Of a DNA stretch of 64,000 bases, positions 9,293 to 18,607 are shown piece by piece; the stretch's first letter is position 1, and the number at the start of each line of letters is the position of its first letter. Source of the stretch: an uncultured Gemmatimonadaceae bacterium (GTDB lineage Bacteria > Gemmatimonadota > Gemmatimonadetes > Gemmatimonadales > GWC2-71-9). The DNA is taken from NCBI GenBank assembly GCA_964348295.1, contig CAYGBV010000017.1, positions 6,736-70,735 of the forward strand, read 5' to 3'. Under the pieces are notes generated by a model. The model worked only from the letters and a program-made list of their open reading frames with translations, was not told the origin of the DNA and made no database searches. The translations under genes and the position numbers were made by a program.

Positions 9293-9992
9293 TCTCGTAG
9301 CACACGTCGGCTTGCTGCTTGCCGTACTCTGCGGGCCCGTCGTCGCCCAGGAGCGGGATCCCTACCGTGAGCGGCGCGCGGCCATGGCCGATCTGATCTA
9401 CGCCTACGGCGTGCGCGACTCGGCCACGCAGCGCGCGATGCGCGCCGTGCCGCGGCACGAGTTCGTGCCACGAGAGCACTTACAGCGCGCCTATGGCGAC
9501 CATCCTCTCCCCATCGGCCACGGGCAGACTATCTCCCAGCCGTACGTAGTGGCGTACATGACCGACGTATTGCAGCTGACGCCGGGCATGAAGGTGCTGG
9601 AGGTGGGCACCGGCTCCGCATATCAGGCCGCGGTCCTGGCCGAGGTCGGCGTCGAGGTCTACACCATCGAGATCTTCGGCGCCCTGGCCGCCAGCGCCCG
9701 GGAGCGGCTCGAGCGGCTCGGCTACGAAGCGGTCACGGTACGGCACGGTGACGGCCACTTCGGCTGGCCAGAAGAGGCACCGTTCGACGCGGTCATTGTG
9801 ACGGCGGCGCCCACCTACATCCCGCCGGCTCTCGTCGAGCAGCTGGTGCCGGGTGGCCGCATGGTGATCCCCGTGGGGAGCATCTACGGCGCGCAGAACC
9901 TCATCCTGGTCGAGAAGCACGCCGACGGCGACGTGACCACGCGCAGTCTCATGCCCGTGCGGTTCGTTCCCATGCTGCAGGGGCTCCGCTGA
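9243..9992 (+). CDS. pcm: protein-L-isoaspartate O-methyltransferase with N-terminal hydrophobic leader
   Basis: VPRHEFVP, TISQPYVVAYM and LEVGTGSAYQAAVLA SAM-binding motifs. Start is uncertain (GTG 9174, ATG 9243 or ATG 9384). The LLLAVLCGPVVAQE leader lies upstream of the catalytic core. Confidence 0.85.
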   Translation: MEATDWTSACCAPWRRNLVAHVGLLLAVLCGPVVAQERDPYRERRAAMADLIYAYGVRDSATQRAMRAVPRHEFVPREHLQRAYGDHPLPIGHGQTISQPYVVAYMTDVLQLTPGMKVLEVGTGSAYQAAVLAEVGVEVYTIEIFGALAASARERLERLGYEAVTVRHGDGHFGWPEEAPFDAVIVTAAPTYIPPALVEQLVPGGRMVIPVGSIYGAQNLILVEKHADGDVTTRSLMPVRFVPMLQGLR

Positions 9993-10108
9993 AGGCCGCG
10001 GATCGCTCCCGACCGCCGGCCGTCGCCCTGCTCTCGGCCGGCACCCTGACCTACGAGATCCTGCTCGTCCGGGTCTTCGCGATCGAGCAGTTCCACCACT
10101 TCGCCTAC

Positions 10109-12385
10109 ATGGCCATCGGCGTGGCAATGCTCGGCTTCGGCGCCAGCGGGACGTTGCTCGCCCTGGCGGGCAGGGTGGAGCGCGCGGCGGCCCAGCGCTG
10201 GTTTCCCAGCGTCGCCGTCGTGGCCGCAGCGGCGCTCGTGCTTTGCCCCGCCGCCGCGGATCGCATCTCTGTCGATCCGACGCAGCTCGCCTGGAACCTC
10301 GGCGCCTGGCCGCGCCTCGCGGCCGTGTATCTGATGCTGGCCCTGCCGTTCGCGGCGGGAGCACTCGCGGTGCTGCTGGCTCTCGGGCTCGAGGCGGAGC
10401 GCCCCGGACGCATCTACGGCGCGAGCTTCGTGGGATCCGGCCTCGGTGCCGCAGCAGCGGTCGCCGTGCTGTGGCTGCTTCCACCGGTGCGGGCCCTGGC
10501 GCTGCCCGCGCTGCTCGCCGCTGTGGGAGCGATCGTGGCGGCACACTCTGTGGGGTGGCGCCGTCCGGCCCACGGCCTCGCGTGGCTGGCCGCGGTGATC
10601 GCCGTGGCGGCGCTGGCTCGCCCCCCGTGGCGACTCGAGATCACGCCGTACAAGGGGCTCCCCCAGGTCGAGGCCTATCCGGAGGCGCACCGCATCGCGG
10701 CGGCCACGAGCCCCCTGGGGTGGGTCGCTGCCGTGGAGGCACCGGCTTTTCGCTACGCGCCCGGCCTTTCCCTCGCGTTCCGGGGAGAGTTCCCCCGGCA
10801 GGTTGCGCTGTTCGTGGACGGGCACCTGGCCGGTGCCGTCTCGCAGTGGGAGAGCGACAGCGCGGCGGCGGCAGTGCTCGACTGGCTCCCCGCGTCCATC
10901 CCATATGCCTTGGGCGTGCCGGATCGCGTGCTAGTGATCGGGGCGGGCGGCGGGACGGAGGTGTGGAGCGCGCTCGCCCACGGCGCCCGCAGCGTGACGG
11001 CGACAGAGCTGCTTCCCACCCTCGTCACGCTGACCACCGGGAGCGCGCCCCGGCTCGCCGATTCGGCCGTGCGGTGGCGCACTGGCGACGCCCGCTCGCT
11101 GGTGTCGCGGTCGCGGGAGGCGTTCGACCTGGTGAGCATCGGTCCGGCTGGAGGGATGGGAACCAACGCCGCCGGGCTGCATGCCCTCAACGAGGACTTC
11201 CTGCACACGGTCGAGGCCTACACCACTTACCTCGGCCTGCTCTCCGACCGCGGCGTGCTCGCGGTCACCCGGTGGCTCACAGCGCCGCCCCGGGAGAGCG
11301 TGCGGGTCATTCTCACCGCCGCCGAAGCGCTGCGCCGCGTCGCACCCGAGCACGTGCGCGACGGACTGGTTGTGGCGCGGAGCTGGGGAACGGTCAGCGT
11401 GCTGGTGAAGCCGACGGGCTTCGTCGGGTCGGAGATCGCTGCCCTGGCGGCGGGGGCCCTGTCGCGCGAGCTCGACCTCGACTGGCACCCCGGCCTGGAT
11501 GCACCCCGCAGCCGCTTCCACGTTCTGGAGGGGACAGTGCTGTTCGATGCGGCCCGCGCCGGGGTCGCGGGCGGCAGGGATGCCCGGCGGTTCGCTGGCA
11601 ACTATCCGTTCGACGTCGCACCGGCCACCGACGCCCGTCCCTACCCACACCACTTTCTACGCGGCCGGTCACTGGGCACCTTCTTGCGGACCGACCAGGG
11701 GAGCTGGCTCCCGTTCGCCGAGTGGGGGTACCTCGCGCTCGCGGCGACCCTGGTGCAGAGCCTGGTACTGGCAACGCTCCTGATGCTGCTTCCCGCTCTC
11801 GTGCGCACGCGCTCGGCGCTCACGGGTCGCCTATTGCCCCTCATCGCGTACTTCGGCGCCATTGGACTCGCCTACCTCGCCGCCGAGATCGCCGTGATCC
11901 AGCAGCTGAGCCTCCTGCTCGGTCACCCGGTCTATGCAGTGGCCGCCGTGCTCGCCGCGCTGCTAATTGGCTCCGGGATCGGGAGCACTTGGTCCGACCG
12001 GCTCGCCGTCGGAGGCGGCTGGCTCGCGGGCGCGATTCTGGCTGCCGCCCTGGCCACCGTAGCGCTAGCCGGCCTGCTACTGGTGCACCTGCTGCAGCCG
12101 GCCCATCTGTTGGTGCGGGCCGGCGCGGCGCTGCTCGGTGTCGCGCCTCTGGCCGTAGTCATGGGAATGCCGTTTCCCCTTGGGCTCAGGCGATTTGCGG
12201 AGGGAGATACGGCGCGGGTGGCGTGGGCGTGGGCGGCCAACGGGTTCGCATCGGTGGTGGCCGCGCCGCTCGCGGCACTGATCGCGCTCGAGGGAGGGTC
12301 GCCGCTCGTGTTGGCCGGCGCCGCGGCGGCATACGCCGGGGCCGCGGCGCTGTACCGCGGGGCTCGCCCAGCCACGCTTCACTGA
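10109..12385 (+). CDS. fused MFS-like membrane domain / spermidine synthase-like protein
   Basis: 758 aa from the first canonical start. Many TM helices flank a VLVIGAGGGTE Rossmann-type spermidine-synthase-like core. Paralogous to 28009-30627. The conserved first helix (LLSAGTLTYEILLVRVFAIEQF) is encoded in-frame upstream of ATG 10109. Confidence 0.8.
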   Translation: MAIGVAMLGFGASGTLLALAGRVERAAAQRWFPSVAVVAAAALVLCPAAADRISVDPTQLAWNLGAWPRLAAVYLMLALPFAAGALAVLLALGLEAERPGRIYGASFVGSGLGAAAAVAVLWLLPPVRALALPALLAAVGAIVAAHSVGWRRPAHGLAWLAAVIAVAALARPPWRLEITPYKGLPQVEAYPEAHRIAAATSPLGWVAAVEAPAFRYAPGLSLAFRGEFPRQVALFVDGHLAGAVSQWESDSAAAAVLDWLPASIPYALGVPDRVLVIGAGGGTEVWSALAHGARSVTATELLPTLVTLTTGSAPRLADSAVRWRTGDARSLVSRSREAFDLVSIGPAGGMGTNAAGLHALNEDFLHTVEAYTTYLGLLSDRGVLAVTRWLTAPPRESVRVILTAAEALRRVAPEHVRDGLVVARSWGTVSVLVKPTGFVGSEIAALAAGALSRELDLDWHPGLDAPRSRFHVLEGTVLFDAARAGVAGGRDARRFAGNYPFDVAPATDARPYPHHFLRGRSLGTFLRTDQGSWLPFAEWGYLALAATLVQSLVLATLLMLLPALVRTRSALTGRLLPLIAYFGAIGLAYLAAEIAVIQQLSLLLGHPVYAVAAVLAALLIGSGIGSTWSDRLAVGGGWLAGAILAAALATVALAGLLLVHLLQPAHLLVRAGAALLGVAPLAVVMGMPFPLGLRRFAEGDTARVAWAWAANGFASVVAAPLAALIALEGGSPLVLAGAAAAYAGAAALYRGARPATLH

Positions 12386-12409
12386 AGGGCTACAGACACT
12401 CGGGAGATC

Positions 12410-12631
12410 ATGATGCGACTCATCGTCCTGACGGTCACGATACTGCTCGCCGCCTGCAGCGGTGGTGATGGCGGCGAAGCGACGAGCGACACGCTCACGC
12501 GGCGCCAGCGCGACAGCATAATCGGTGAGTCGAGCCTCCCGGGAGCGGGAGGCGTGCGGGGAGCGTTGCGGGCGTCTGACTCTGCGGCCGCGCGGCGGGC
12601 TCGGCGGGACTCCGTGGCCCGTCAGCCCTGA
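12410..12631 (+). CDS. small lipoprotein, unknown function
   Basis: 73 aa. gggag SD. Signal peptide with lipobox LLAAC. Confidence 0.55.
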   Translation: MMRLIVLTVTILLAACSGGDGGEATSDTLTRRQRDSIIGESSLPGAGGVRGALRASDSAAARRARRDSVARQP

Positions 12632-12665
12632 GCTAGGCGGGTCGGAGGCGGCTTGGAGACTCCGC

Positions 12666-12950
12666 TCACGAACCCTGCGGCCCGAGCGAGAACGCCGCTT
12701 CCAGGTCGTGGCGCGCGTACGCCCTGAAGGCTATGAGCGTCTCCGTGCTCTGGATGCCCTTGAGCTTGAGCATCTGCGACGTGACCAGGTCAGCTAGCTC
12801 CTCGTTGGTCCGCACGCACAGGATGGCCACGAGGTCGTAACGACCGGCCACCGAGTAGACCTCGGAAATCCCCTCGAGCGCCGCCAACGTCTCGGCCACC
12901 TCGTTTATCTGATCGCGCTGGACGTGCAGCAGCACCACGGCTGAGACCAT
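12666..12950 (-). CDS. Lrp/AsnC ligand-binding-domain protein (stand-alone, no HTH)
   Basis: From ATG 12950: MVSAVVLLHVQRDQINEVAETLAALEGISEVYSVAGRYDLVAIL..., typical of the AsnC-type effector domain. Confidence 0.7.
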   Translation of the reverse strand: MVSAVVLLHVQRDQINEVAETLAALEGISEVYSVAGRYDLVAILCVRTNEELADLVTSQMLKLKGIQSTETLIAFRAYARHDLEAAFSLGPQGS

Positions 12951-13028
12951 CGCCACACCCTCGTTTCTTCGGGAGGACCACACCTGGGCCAAGATAGATG
13001 GTGGTCAGTGCAGGTGCCAGCGGCCCCG

Positions 13029-13727
13029 CTACCGCGGTGACGCCACGCCCGCGCTGGCCGCCACCAGGATGTCGTCGAAGAACGTGCGCGCCAGGGTGCT
13101 GGTGTTATCCGTGTCCACCATAACGGCCACCGCCGAAACCGTCCGCGGCGGCTCGCCGAAGAACGCGCGGTAGTCGGAGACGAAGTCGCGCTCGACCTCT
13201 GCCCACTCACCGGCCCCGGCAACACCGCTCGCCACCACGATCATCGCGACGTTCTCGGTATACGGACTGGCGAACACGCTTCCGACGGGGAGGTCCGCAG
13301 CCCAGACGTAGCAGACGGCCCGCGCATCCCGCTCGGCGAACTCCCCACCGAACACGACGAACACCCGCGCGGCGTAGTCGTCACCCCGCTTCTCCCGCTC
13401 GCGGCGGTTGCGGGGGATGGGATGCTCGATCTTCCAGCGCCACGAAATCGTTCCGGACACCGGAGCATCGACCCTCAGCGGCCTCCATAGCCCGGACGCC
13501 GAGCGCCAGCTCTCCGCCCGCAGCACGGCCTCACCGTCCCGCTCCACCGTGCGGTACAGCGTCTTGCGCCAGGCGAGCCGCTGTTCCCGCCAACGCTCCT
13601 GCCATCCTGCGTCGAACGACTCCTGGAGCACGGATGCCTCTTCGAGCTGCACCGCTCCCGCCGGGCGCAAGGCTGCCAATCCGAGAAGGCCTACGATGCC
13701 GACGATGCGGCAAGCCGAAAGCTGCAC
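13029..13727 (-). CDS. DUF3047-like secreted protein
   Basis: 232 aa. Signal peptide. WRWKIEHPIP...DDYAARVFVVF...VCYVWA pattern as I recall for DUF3047. Confidence 0.6.
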   Translation of the reverse strand: MQLSACRIVGIVGLLGLAALRPAGAVQLEEASVLQESFDAGWQERWREQRLAWRKTLYRTVERDGEAVLRAESWRSASGLWRPLRVDAPVSGTISWRWKIEHPIPRNRREREKRGDDYAARVFVVFGGEFAERDARAVCYVWAADLPVGSVFASPYTENVAMIVVASGVAGAGEWAEVERDFVSDYRAFFGEPPRTVSAVAVMVDTDNTSTLARTFFDDILVAASAGVASPR

Positions 13728-13835
13728 GGGGGATCCTCCCTGAGGGTCACATGATTAGTAGTGCAACACGTCACCCGGCCCTCGGTTCCCCAACTGGGCC
13801 ACGGAGCGCAGGGGTGATTGAAGCTGGAACGCCAA

Positions 13836-13864
13836 CCGCCCGCGCCCCGAGGGGGCGCGGGCGG
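13836..13864 (-). terminator. GC-rich hairpin downstream of fabH
   Basis: CCGCCCGCGCCCC-GAG-GGGGCGCGGGCGG, a perfect 13-bp stem with 3-nt loop, 21 nt after the fabH stop. No clear U-tract. Confidence 0.5.
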
Positions 13865-13884
13865 CGGATCGGTAGGCCAGCGCT

Positions 13885-14886
13885 TCAGTACCGCAGCAGG
13901 CTCGCGCCCCAGGTGAATCCGGAGCCGAAGGCCACGAGGCACACGAGGCTGCCGCGTCCAATCGTACCTTCCGCTACCACCTCGCTCAACGCGATGGGAA
14001 TGCTGGCGGCGGTCGTGTTCCCGTACTTGGCGATGTTGCTGTAGACCTTCTCGGGAGCGCCCTTGAACCGCTTCCGCACCGCCTCCGTTATCCGCTCGTT
14101 GGCCTGGTGGGGGATCACCAGATCCACGTCGTCCGCCGACAGCCCCTGCGTCTCCAGGGCTTCCATGATGACCTCGGGGAACCTGGTCACCGCGTGCTTG
14201 AAGACCTCGCGGCCGTTCATGTAGGGATGGACCGAGCCCTCGTCGATCATTTCCTTGGTGATCCATGGCTTGTTGGCGGCGCCCGGCTTCAGGATGCACA
14301 ACTCCTCGGCGAAGCGGCCGTCGGCGTGGAGATGGTGCCAGATGAGATGGCTCCCGTCGGCGCCGTCGGTCACCTCGAGACAGACAGCGCCCCCTCCGTC
14401 GCCGAACAGCACTGCGGTGTCACGCCCGGCGTTATCCATCCGCAGTCCGCAGGACTGCCGCTCCGCACCCACCACGAGCACGCGGTCGTACATGCCCATG
14501 CGGATATATGCGTCCGCGGCCGAGAGGCCGTACACGAACCCCGTACACTGGTTGCGGATGTCCAGGGCACCGACGCCCGGAAGTTCCAGATCCCGCTGCA
14601 ACAGCACGCCGTTGCCCGGGAAGTACATGTCCGGCGAGAGGGTCGCGAAGATGATGAACTGGATGTCCTTGGGCTCCCAGCCGGCATCCCCCAGCGCCGC
14701 GCGAGCGGCCTCTACACCCAGGTCGGTGCAGCGCACGTCGTCAGCGGTGAAGCGCCGCTCCAGAATGCCCGTGCGCTCCTGGATCCACTCGTCAGTGGTG
14801 TCCATCAGCGCCTCGAGGTCGTGATTCGTCACCACCTTGGGAGGCACGTAGTGTCCGACTCCGGCGATGCGGCTCAGGCGAGTCAT
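13885..14886 (-). CDS. fabH: 3-oxoacyl-ACP synthase III
   Basis: MTRLSRIAGVGHYVPPKVVTNHDLEALMDTTDEWIQERTGI. Active-site context NQCTGFVYGL. ggagga SD before ATG 14886. Confidence 0.92.
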   Translation of the reverse strand: MTRLSRIAGVGHYVPPKVVTNHDLEALMDTTDEWIQERTGILERRFTADDVRCTDLGVEAARAALGDAGWEPKDIQFIIFATLSPDMYFPGNGVLLQRDLELPGVGALDIRNQCTGFVYGLSAADAYIRMGMYDRVLVVGAERQSCGLRMDNAGRDTAVLFGDGGGAVCLEVTDGADGSHLIWHHLHADGRFAEELCILKPGAANKPWITKEMIDEGSVHPYMNGREVFKHAVTRFPEVIMEALETQGLSADDVDLVIPHQANERITEAVRKRFKGAPEKVYSNIAKYGNTTAASIPIALSEVVAEGTIGRGSLVCLVAFGSGFTWGASLLRY

Positions 14887-15110
14887 CGTCCCATCCTCCA
14901 CAGGTCCCATTCATTCCTACGCTCTCGGCGCGGCGAGGTCAATCGCCACTCCTGCCGCGCGTCACTCCCGCCACGGCCCGCTCCACCTGGCCGCCCCATG
15001 TCGCGGCGGATATCGTTTAGGAAGCCACCGCGGCGCGGTTGGCCACATACCCCATCACACTCGCGCGCGCCCGCTCCGTACGGGCGGCGGAGAGCCCCGC
15101 TGAGGTACCG

Positions 15111-15950
15111 ATGTTGATGTTCGATGGTGTGCCAGTCGATTCACACGGCTGCACGAATGTGGGGAGGGTACGGGAAGAGAACGAAGATCAGTTCTTGATC
15201 GCCGCGCTCCACAAGGTCGTCGAAGTCCAAGGAACGAGCATCCCCGGCTCCTACCAGCGGAAGTTCGACTCCGGAGCGCGCGCCCTCCTGTTGATGGTGG
15301 CGGACGGCGTCGGAGGAACGGCCGCCGGCTTGGAGGCGAGCAGTGCGACCCTCGACGAGATCATGACCTACGTCACCAACTCGATGCGCTGCTTCTACAA
15401 GCTCGACGAGCAGGTCTCCCACGACCTACTGCAGGAGCTGGCCCGCTCGGTGCAACAGAGCCACGCCAGAGTACGCTCCCAGGCGGAGCAGGCGCCGGAC
15501 CGTTCCGGGATGGCCACCACGCTCACGATGGCGCACGTCCTATGGCCCCGCGTCTACATCGTGCAGATCGGCGACAGCCGCTGTTACCACGCGCGCGCAT
15601 CCGAGATCACGCAGGTGACCAAGGACCAGACGGTAGTGCAGTACCTGGTGGATCACGGGGCACTCGATCCCGACGAAGCCGCGGCCTCACCCTACAGCCA
15701 CGTGCTCTCCCAGGCGATCGGCGCCGGGGAGCCCGAGATCGAGCCGGAGATCTCCAAGGTGGATCTCCAGCTCGGCGACGCACTGCTGCTGTGCACCGAC
15801 GGGCTCACCAAGCACGTGAGCGACGCGGAGATCATCCGCTGCCTCCAGGCCGCTGGGGCCGCCCAGGAGGCGTGTGACGGTCTCATCGCGGCTGCGCTGG
15901 ATGGCGGTGGCAGCGACAACGTGACGGTGGTCGTGAGTCGCTTCGGGTAG
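15111..15950 (+). CDS. PP2C-family Ser/Thr protein phosphatase
   Basis: GRVREENEDQF, MVADGVGG, LLCTDGL and GGSDNVTVVV motifs. Confidence 0.88.
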   Translation: MLMFDGVPVDSHGCTNVGRVREENEDQFLIAALHKVVEVQGTSIPGSYQRKFDSGARALLLMVADGVGGTAAGLEASSATLDEIMTYVTNSMRCFYKLDEQVSHDLLQELARSVQQSHARVRSQAEQAPDRSGMATTLTMAHVLWPRVYIVQIGDSRCYHARASEITQVTKDQTVVQYLVDHGALDPDEAAASPYSHVLSQAIGAGEPEIEPEISKVDLQLGDALLLCTDGLTKHVSDAEIIRCLQAAGAAQEACDGLIAAALDGGGSDNVTVVVSRFG

Positions 15951-15977
15951 CTGAGCCGGCGGCGCCTGGTAACGAAA

Positions 15978-16009
15978 GAGCCCGGTGACCCTCGAGGGTC
16001 ACCGGGCTC
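15978..16009. terminator. bidirectional hairpin between convergent genes
   Basis: Perfect 32-nt palindrome GAGCCCGGTGACCCTCGAGGGTCACCGGGCTC between the PP2C stop (15950) and the Omp85-like stop (16031). Confidence 0.7.
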
Positions 16010-16030
16010 AATGCCGGCCCGTCGCACGGC

Positions 16031-18607
16031 TCAGAATGCGAAGCCGGAGCCGAAGTAGACGGCGACCCGCTCGTCGCCGGCAGCCACGGCGAGGTTGGCA
16101 GTCGCCATCCTGCCCACGAACGACAGCCACACCCCTCCCCCGGCCGCCCAGTGCCACCTGTTAGAGTCCTCACCCTCCAGAAACACGCGGCCCACGTCAC
16201 CGAGGGCGAACAGCCCGATCTGGGCCGGCAGGAGCAGGAACAGCCGTGACAGGCCAAACCGTACCTCAGCATTGCCCCACACCGAGGCATCCCCGCCGTA
16301 GCGGTTCTGCCGCCCCATGCGCACAGTGCGCTGATCGCCGATGTATGCGGCCTGCTGGAACGGGAACGTGCCGAACACCTTCTTGCCGCCGGCCCGCAGC
16401 GCCAAGGTGGGCTCGAGGGGCACCGACGGCGCGCTGAGGTACGTGCGCACGACTCCGTGGATCTCACCGAACACGTCCTCCACATCCCACACGGCCGGGT
16501 ACACGCTCCCGCCGAGGTCGATGAACCAACCCCGTGTCGGCCAGGTGGCCATGTCACGCGTGTCCAGCCGGATGGCGCCGATGAGTCCCAGCTCTCCGAA
16601 CTTGCCCGAGCCGTAGGGCAAGGAGTCGGCGATGATGCGGCCCGCCTCCTCCCGCGTGTTGAAGAAGGCGACGGTCGGCCCGATCCCGAGCTGTGCCCGG
16701 CGCCCGAGGGGCAGAACCAGCAGCTGATCGACCCTGAACTCACGCTGGCTCACCCGATAGTAGTCATCCTCCTCAGTGAGCTCCGTTTCGTTGCCCAACC
16801 CGAAGTAGCGCAACGTCTCGATTCCCGAGGCGAGCCCGTAGGTGAGGAAGTGGACCCGGGAGTTGAGCCAGTACGTGTCCAGTGAGAGGTCGAAGCGCGC
16901 GGTCTTAGCCGCGGTGGCGTAGCCACCCCGCAGCCGCGTGTACGACCCATACGGTATCGTCCGGAACGCGTAGTGGGTGACGTTGGCGCCGGCCCCGAGG
17001 AACAGCCCGATGTCGGGACCGAACTCGAACCAGCCCGTGCCCCGCCAGCGGCTGCCCCAATCCCGCGGTGGCAGCTCGGTGGGATACCGCTTGGGTGGGG
17101 GGGTGTACGGCCGGCGATCCACGATGAGCGCGGTCGGGCCACTCGCCCGATCGTCGCCGGTCGCATAGAAGTTGACCATGCCGCCGCTGGACGAGTCAAC
17201 GACCTCGTCGCTCCCACCACCGATGACTCGGATGGTGATGCCGTGACCGGGCCCCCGCACGATCACGTGATCCTCGCCCCCGTGGAGGAAGATCCGTATC
17301 TCCTTCGTTTCGCCTATGTGGAACCGCCGGTGCAAGTATGTGATCTCGGCGCCGGACGAGGGAAGCGTGCTCGTGAGCGTGACCTCGACGTCCCCATCGT
17401 CGTGCCGGTCCACGACGACCCGCTCGTCCTGGTCGGTAGCGTGGATGTCCACGGCTCCCGCGAGGACCCGGTAGAACCGGTCGGCCGCTTCGTGCAGCCT
17501 GTCGCGCCGCGCCTTCAGGGTCCGGCTGAGGCGCTCCCCGTCGAGGGCGTAGTACTCGGGGGGCAGCGCCCTGACGGAAGCGTCTATGACCGAGTCGTTG
17601 AGGCGGAACTTCAATTGCGCCGTGACCGTATCCCACACCGGCTTCTCGAGCCCCACGAGGAACCGCCGGTCCAGCTCGCGGCCGTTCCACGTGAGACCCA
17701 CCATGTTGGGGTAGCTCTCGCCGAACTCAACGAACTGCGGGAAGTACTGCCGCACTAACGTCAGGCCCACGCCGTCGAACCGGACCAGCGCCTGGTCCCG
17801 GTCCTCGGGTATCGGGATCCAGTGGGTCACCGCCGCGTCCTCGAATCGCGCCCATCCCCACTGGCCGCGATGCCGGTCCCAGTCACCGATCAGCAGGTCG
17901 AACATGCGCTCATAGAGGAACATCCGGGCATCGACGCGGTCGGCCGGGCTGCGCTCGACCCGTTCGAACATCTCATCGCTCCCGATGATCTCCACGGCAC
18001 CCGCGAAGCCGGGAGCACCGGGCTCGGTGATCGGCCGGCGAGCGATGTACCCCAGCGTGCCGGCGAACCGCTCGCGGTGCTCTGCGAGCCGCGGATCGTC
18101 GGGCAGCACGACCAGCCGCGGATCGGTGTGCACGATGCCGGCGCCCTCCATGAGGGGAGCCAGGACCGATGGCGCGGCGGGGTATGCCGAGTGGGTCTGG
18201 TCTTGCACGATGTCCTCGACGAACGTGCCCTCGAGACCCTCCGGGAGTATGTCCACGTCCTTGTCCACCGAGCGGAAGCCGTACTGGAGGCCGTCGGCGC
18301 CGCGGAACCGCAGCGACTTGGTCTGGAAGCCACCGCCCGCAGTGGTCGGCGTCAGGCCGCCGGCGAAGGTGCCGAGGTCGAGCAACTCCACCCTTATGGG
18401 AGCCGTCCAGAGCTTGCGGTAGTCGCTGCCGAAGTAGAACCGGTAGAGTCCACCCTTGGCGTAGTGGGCTCCGGCAACGATGGTAGTGTCTGGGCCGCGC
18501 TGCCCCCCCGCGGTCTCCTGTGCCAGCGCCGCCGACGGCGCGAGCCAGGTGGCAGCGAGCAGCACCAGCGTGGCCCGCAACAACCATGGGAAGCGTGAGG
18601 TAGTCAT
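16031..18607 (-). CDS. large outer-membrane protein with C-terminal Omp85/surface-antigen-like beta-barrel and unassigned N-terminal domain
   Basis: ATG 18607 overlaps the upstream stop (ATGA). Signal peptide ...LAPSAALAQE. N-terminal region carries IGDWDRHRGQW. The C-terminus is rich in alternating aromatic/Gly strands and ends ...VAVYFGSGFAF. Confidence 0.7.
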   Translation of the reverse strand: MTTSRFPWLLRATLVLLAATWLAPSAALAQETAGGQRGPDTTIVAGAHYAKGGLYRFYFGSDYRKLWTAPIRVELLDLGTFAGGLTPTTAGGGFQTKSLRFRGADGLQYGFRSVDKDVDILPEGLEGTFVEDIVQDQTHSAYPAAPSVLAPLMEGAGIVHTDPRLVVLPDDPRLAEHRERFAGTLGYIARRPITEPGAPGFAGAVEIIGSDEMFERVERSPADRVDARMFLYERMFDLLIGDWDRHRGQWGWARFEDAAVTHWIPIPEDRDQALVRFDGVGLTLVRQYFPQFVEFGESYPNMVGLTWNGRELDRRFLVGLEKPVWDTVTAQLKFRLNDSVIDASVRALPPEYYALDGERLSRTLKARRDRLHEAADRFYRVLAGAVDIHATDQDERVVVDRHDDGDVEVTLTSTLPSSGAEITYLHRRFHIGETKEIRIFLHGGEDHVIVRGPGHGITIRVIGGGSDEVVDSSSGGMVNFYATGDDRASGPTALIVDRRPYTPPPKRYPTELPPRDWGSRWRGTGWFEFGPDIGLFLGAGANVTHYAFRTIPYGSYTRLRGGYATAAKTARFDLSLDTYWLNSRVHFLTYGLASGIETLRYFGLGNETELTEEDDYYRVSQREFRVDQLLVLPLGRRAQLGIGPTVAFFNTREEAGRIIADSLPYGSGKFGELGLIGAIRLDTRDMATWPTRGWFIDLGGSVYPAVWDVEDVFGEIHGVVRTYLSAPSVPLEPTLALRAGGKKVFGTFPFQQAAYIGDQRTVRMGRQNRYGGDASVWGNAEVRFGLSRLFLLLPAQIGLFALGDVGRVFLEGEDSNRWHWAAGGGVWLSFVGRMATANLAVAAGDERVAVYFGSGFAF

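Noticed and set aside
10243-12468. 741-aa alternative-frame ORF and several 100-350-aa minus-strand ORFs across 9480-12385
   Set aside because: These are extremely Arg/Gly/Pro-rich with no motifs. They overlap a membrane protein with a clear TM pattern and a paralogue in the window.
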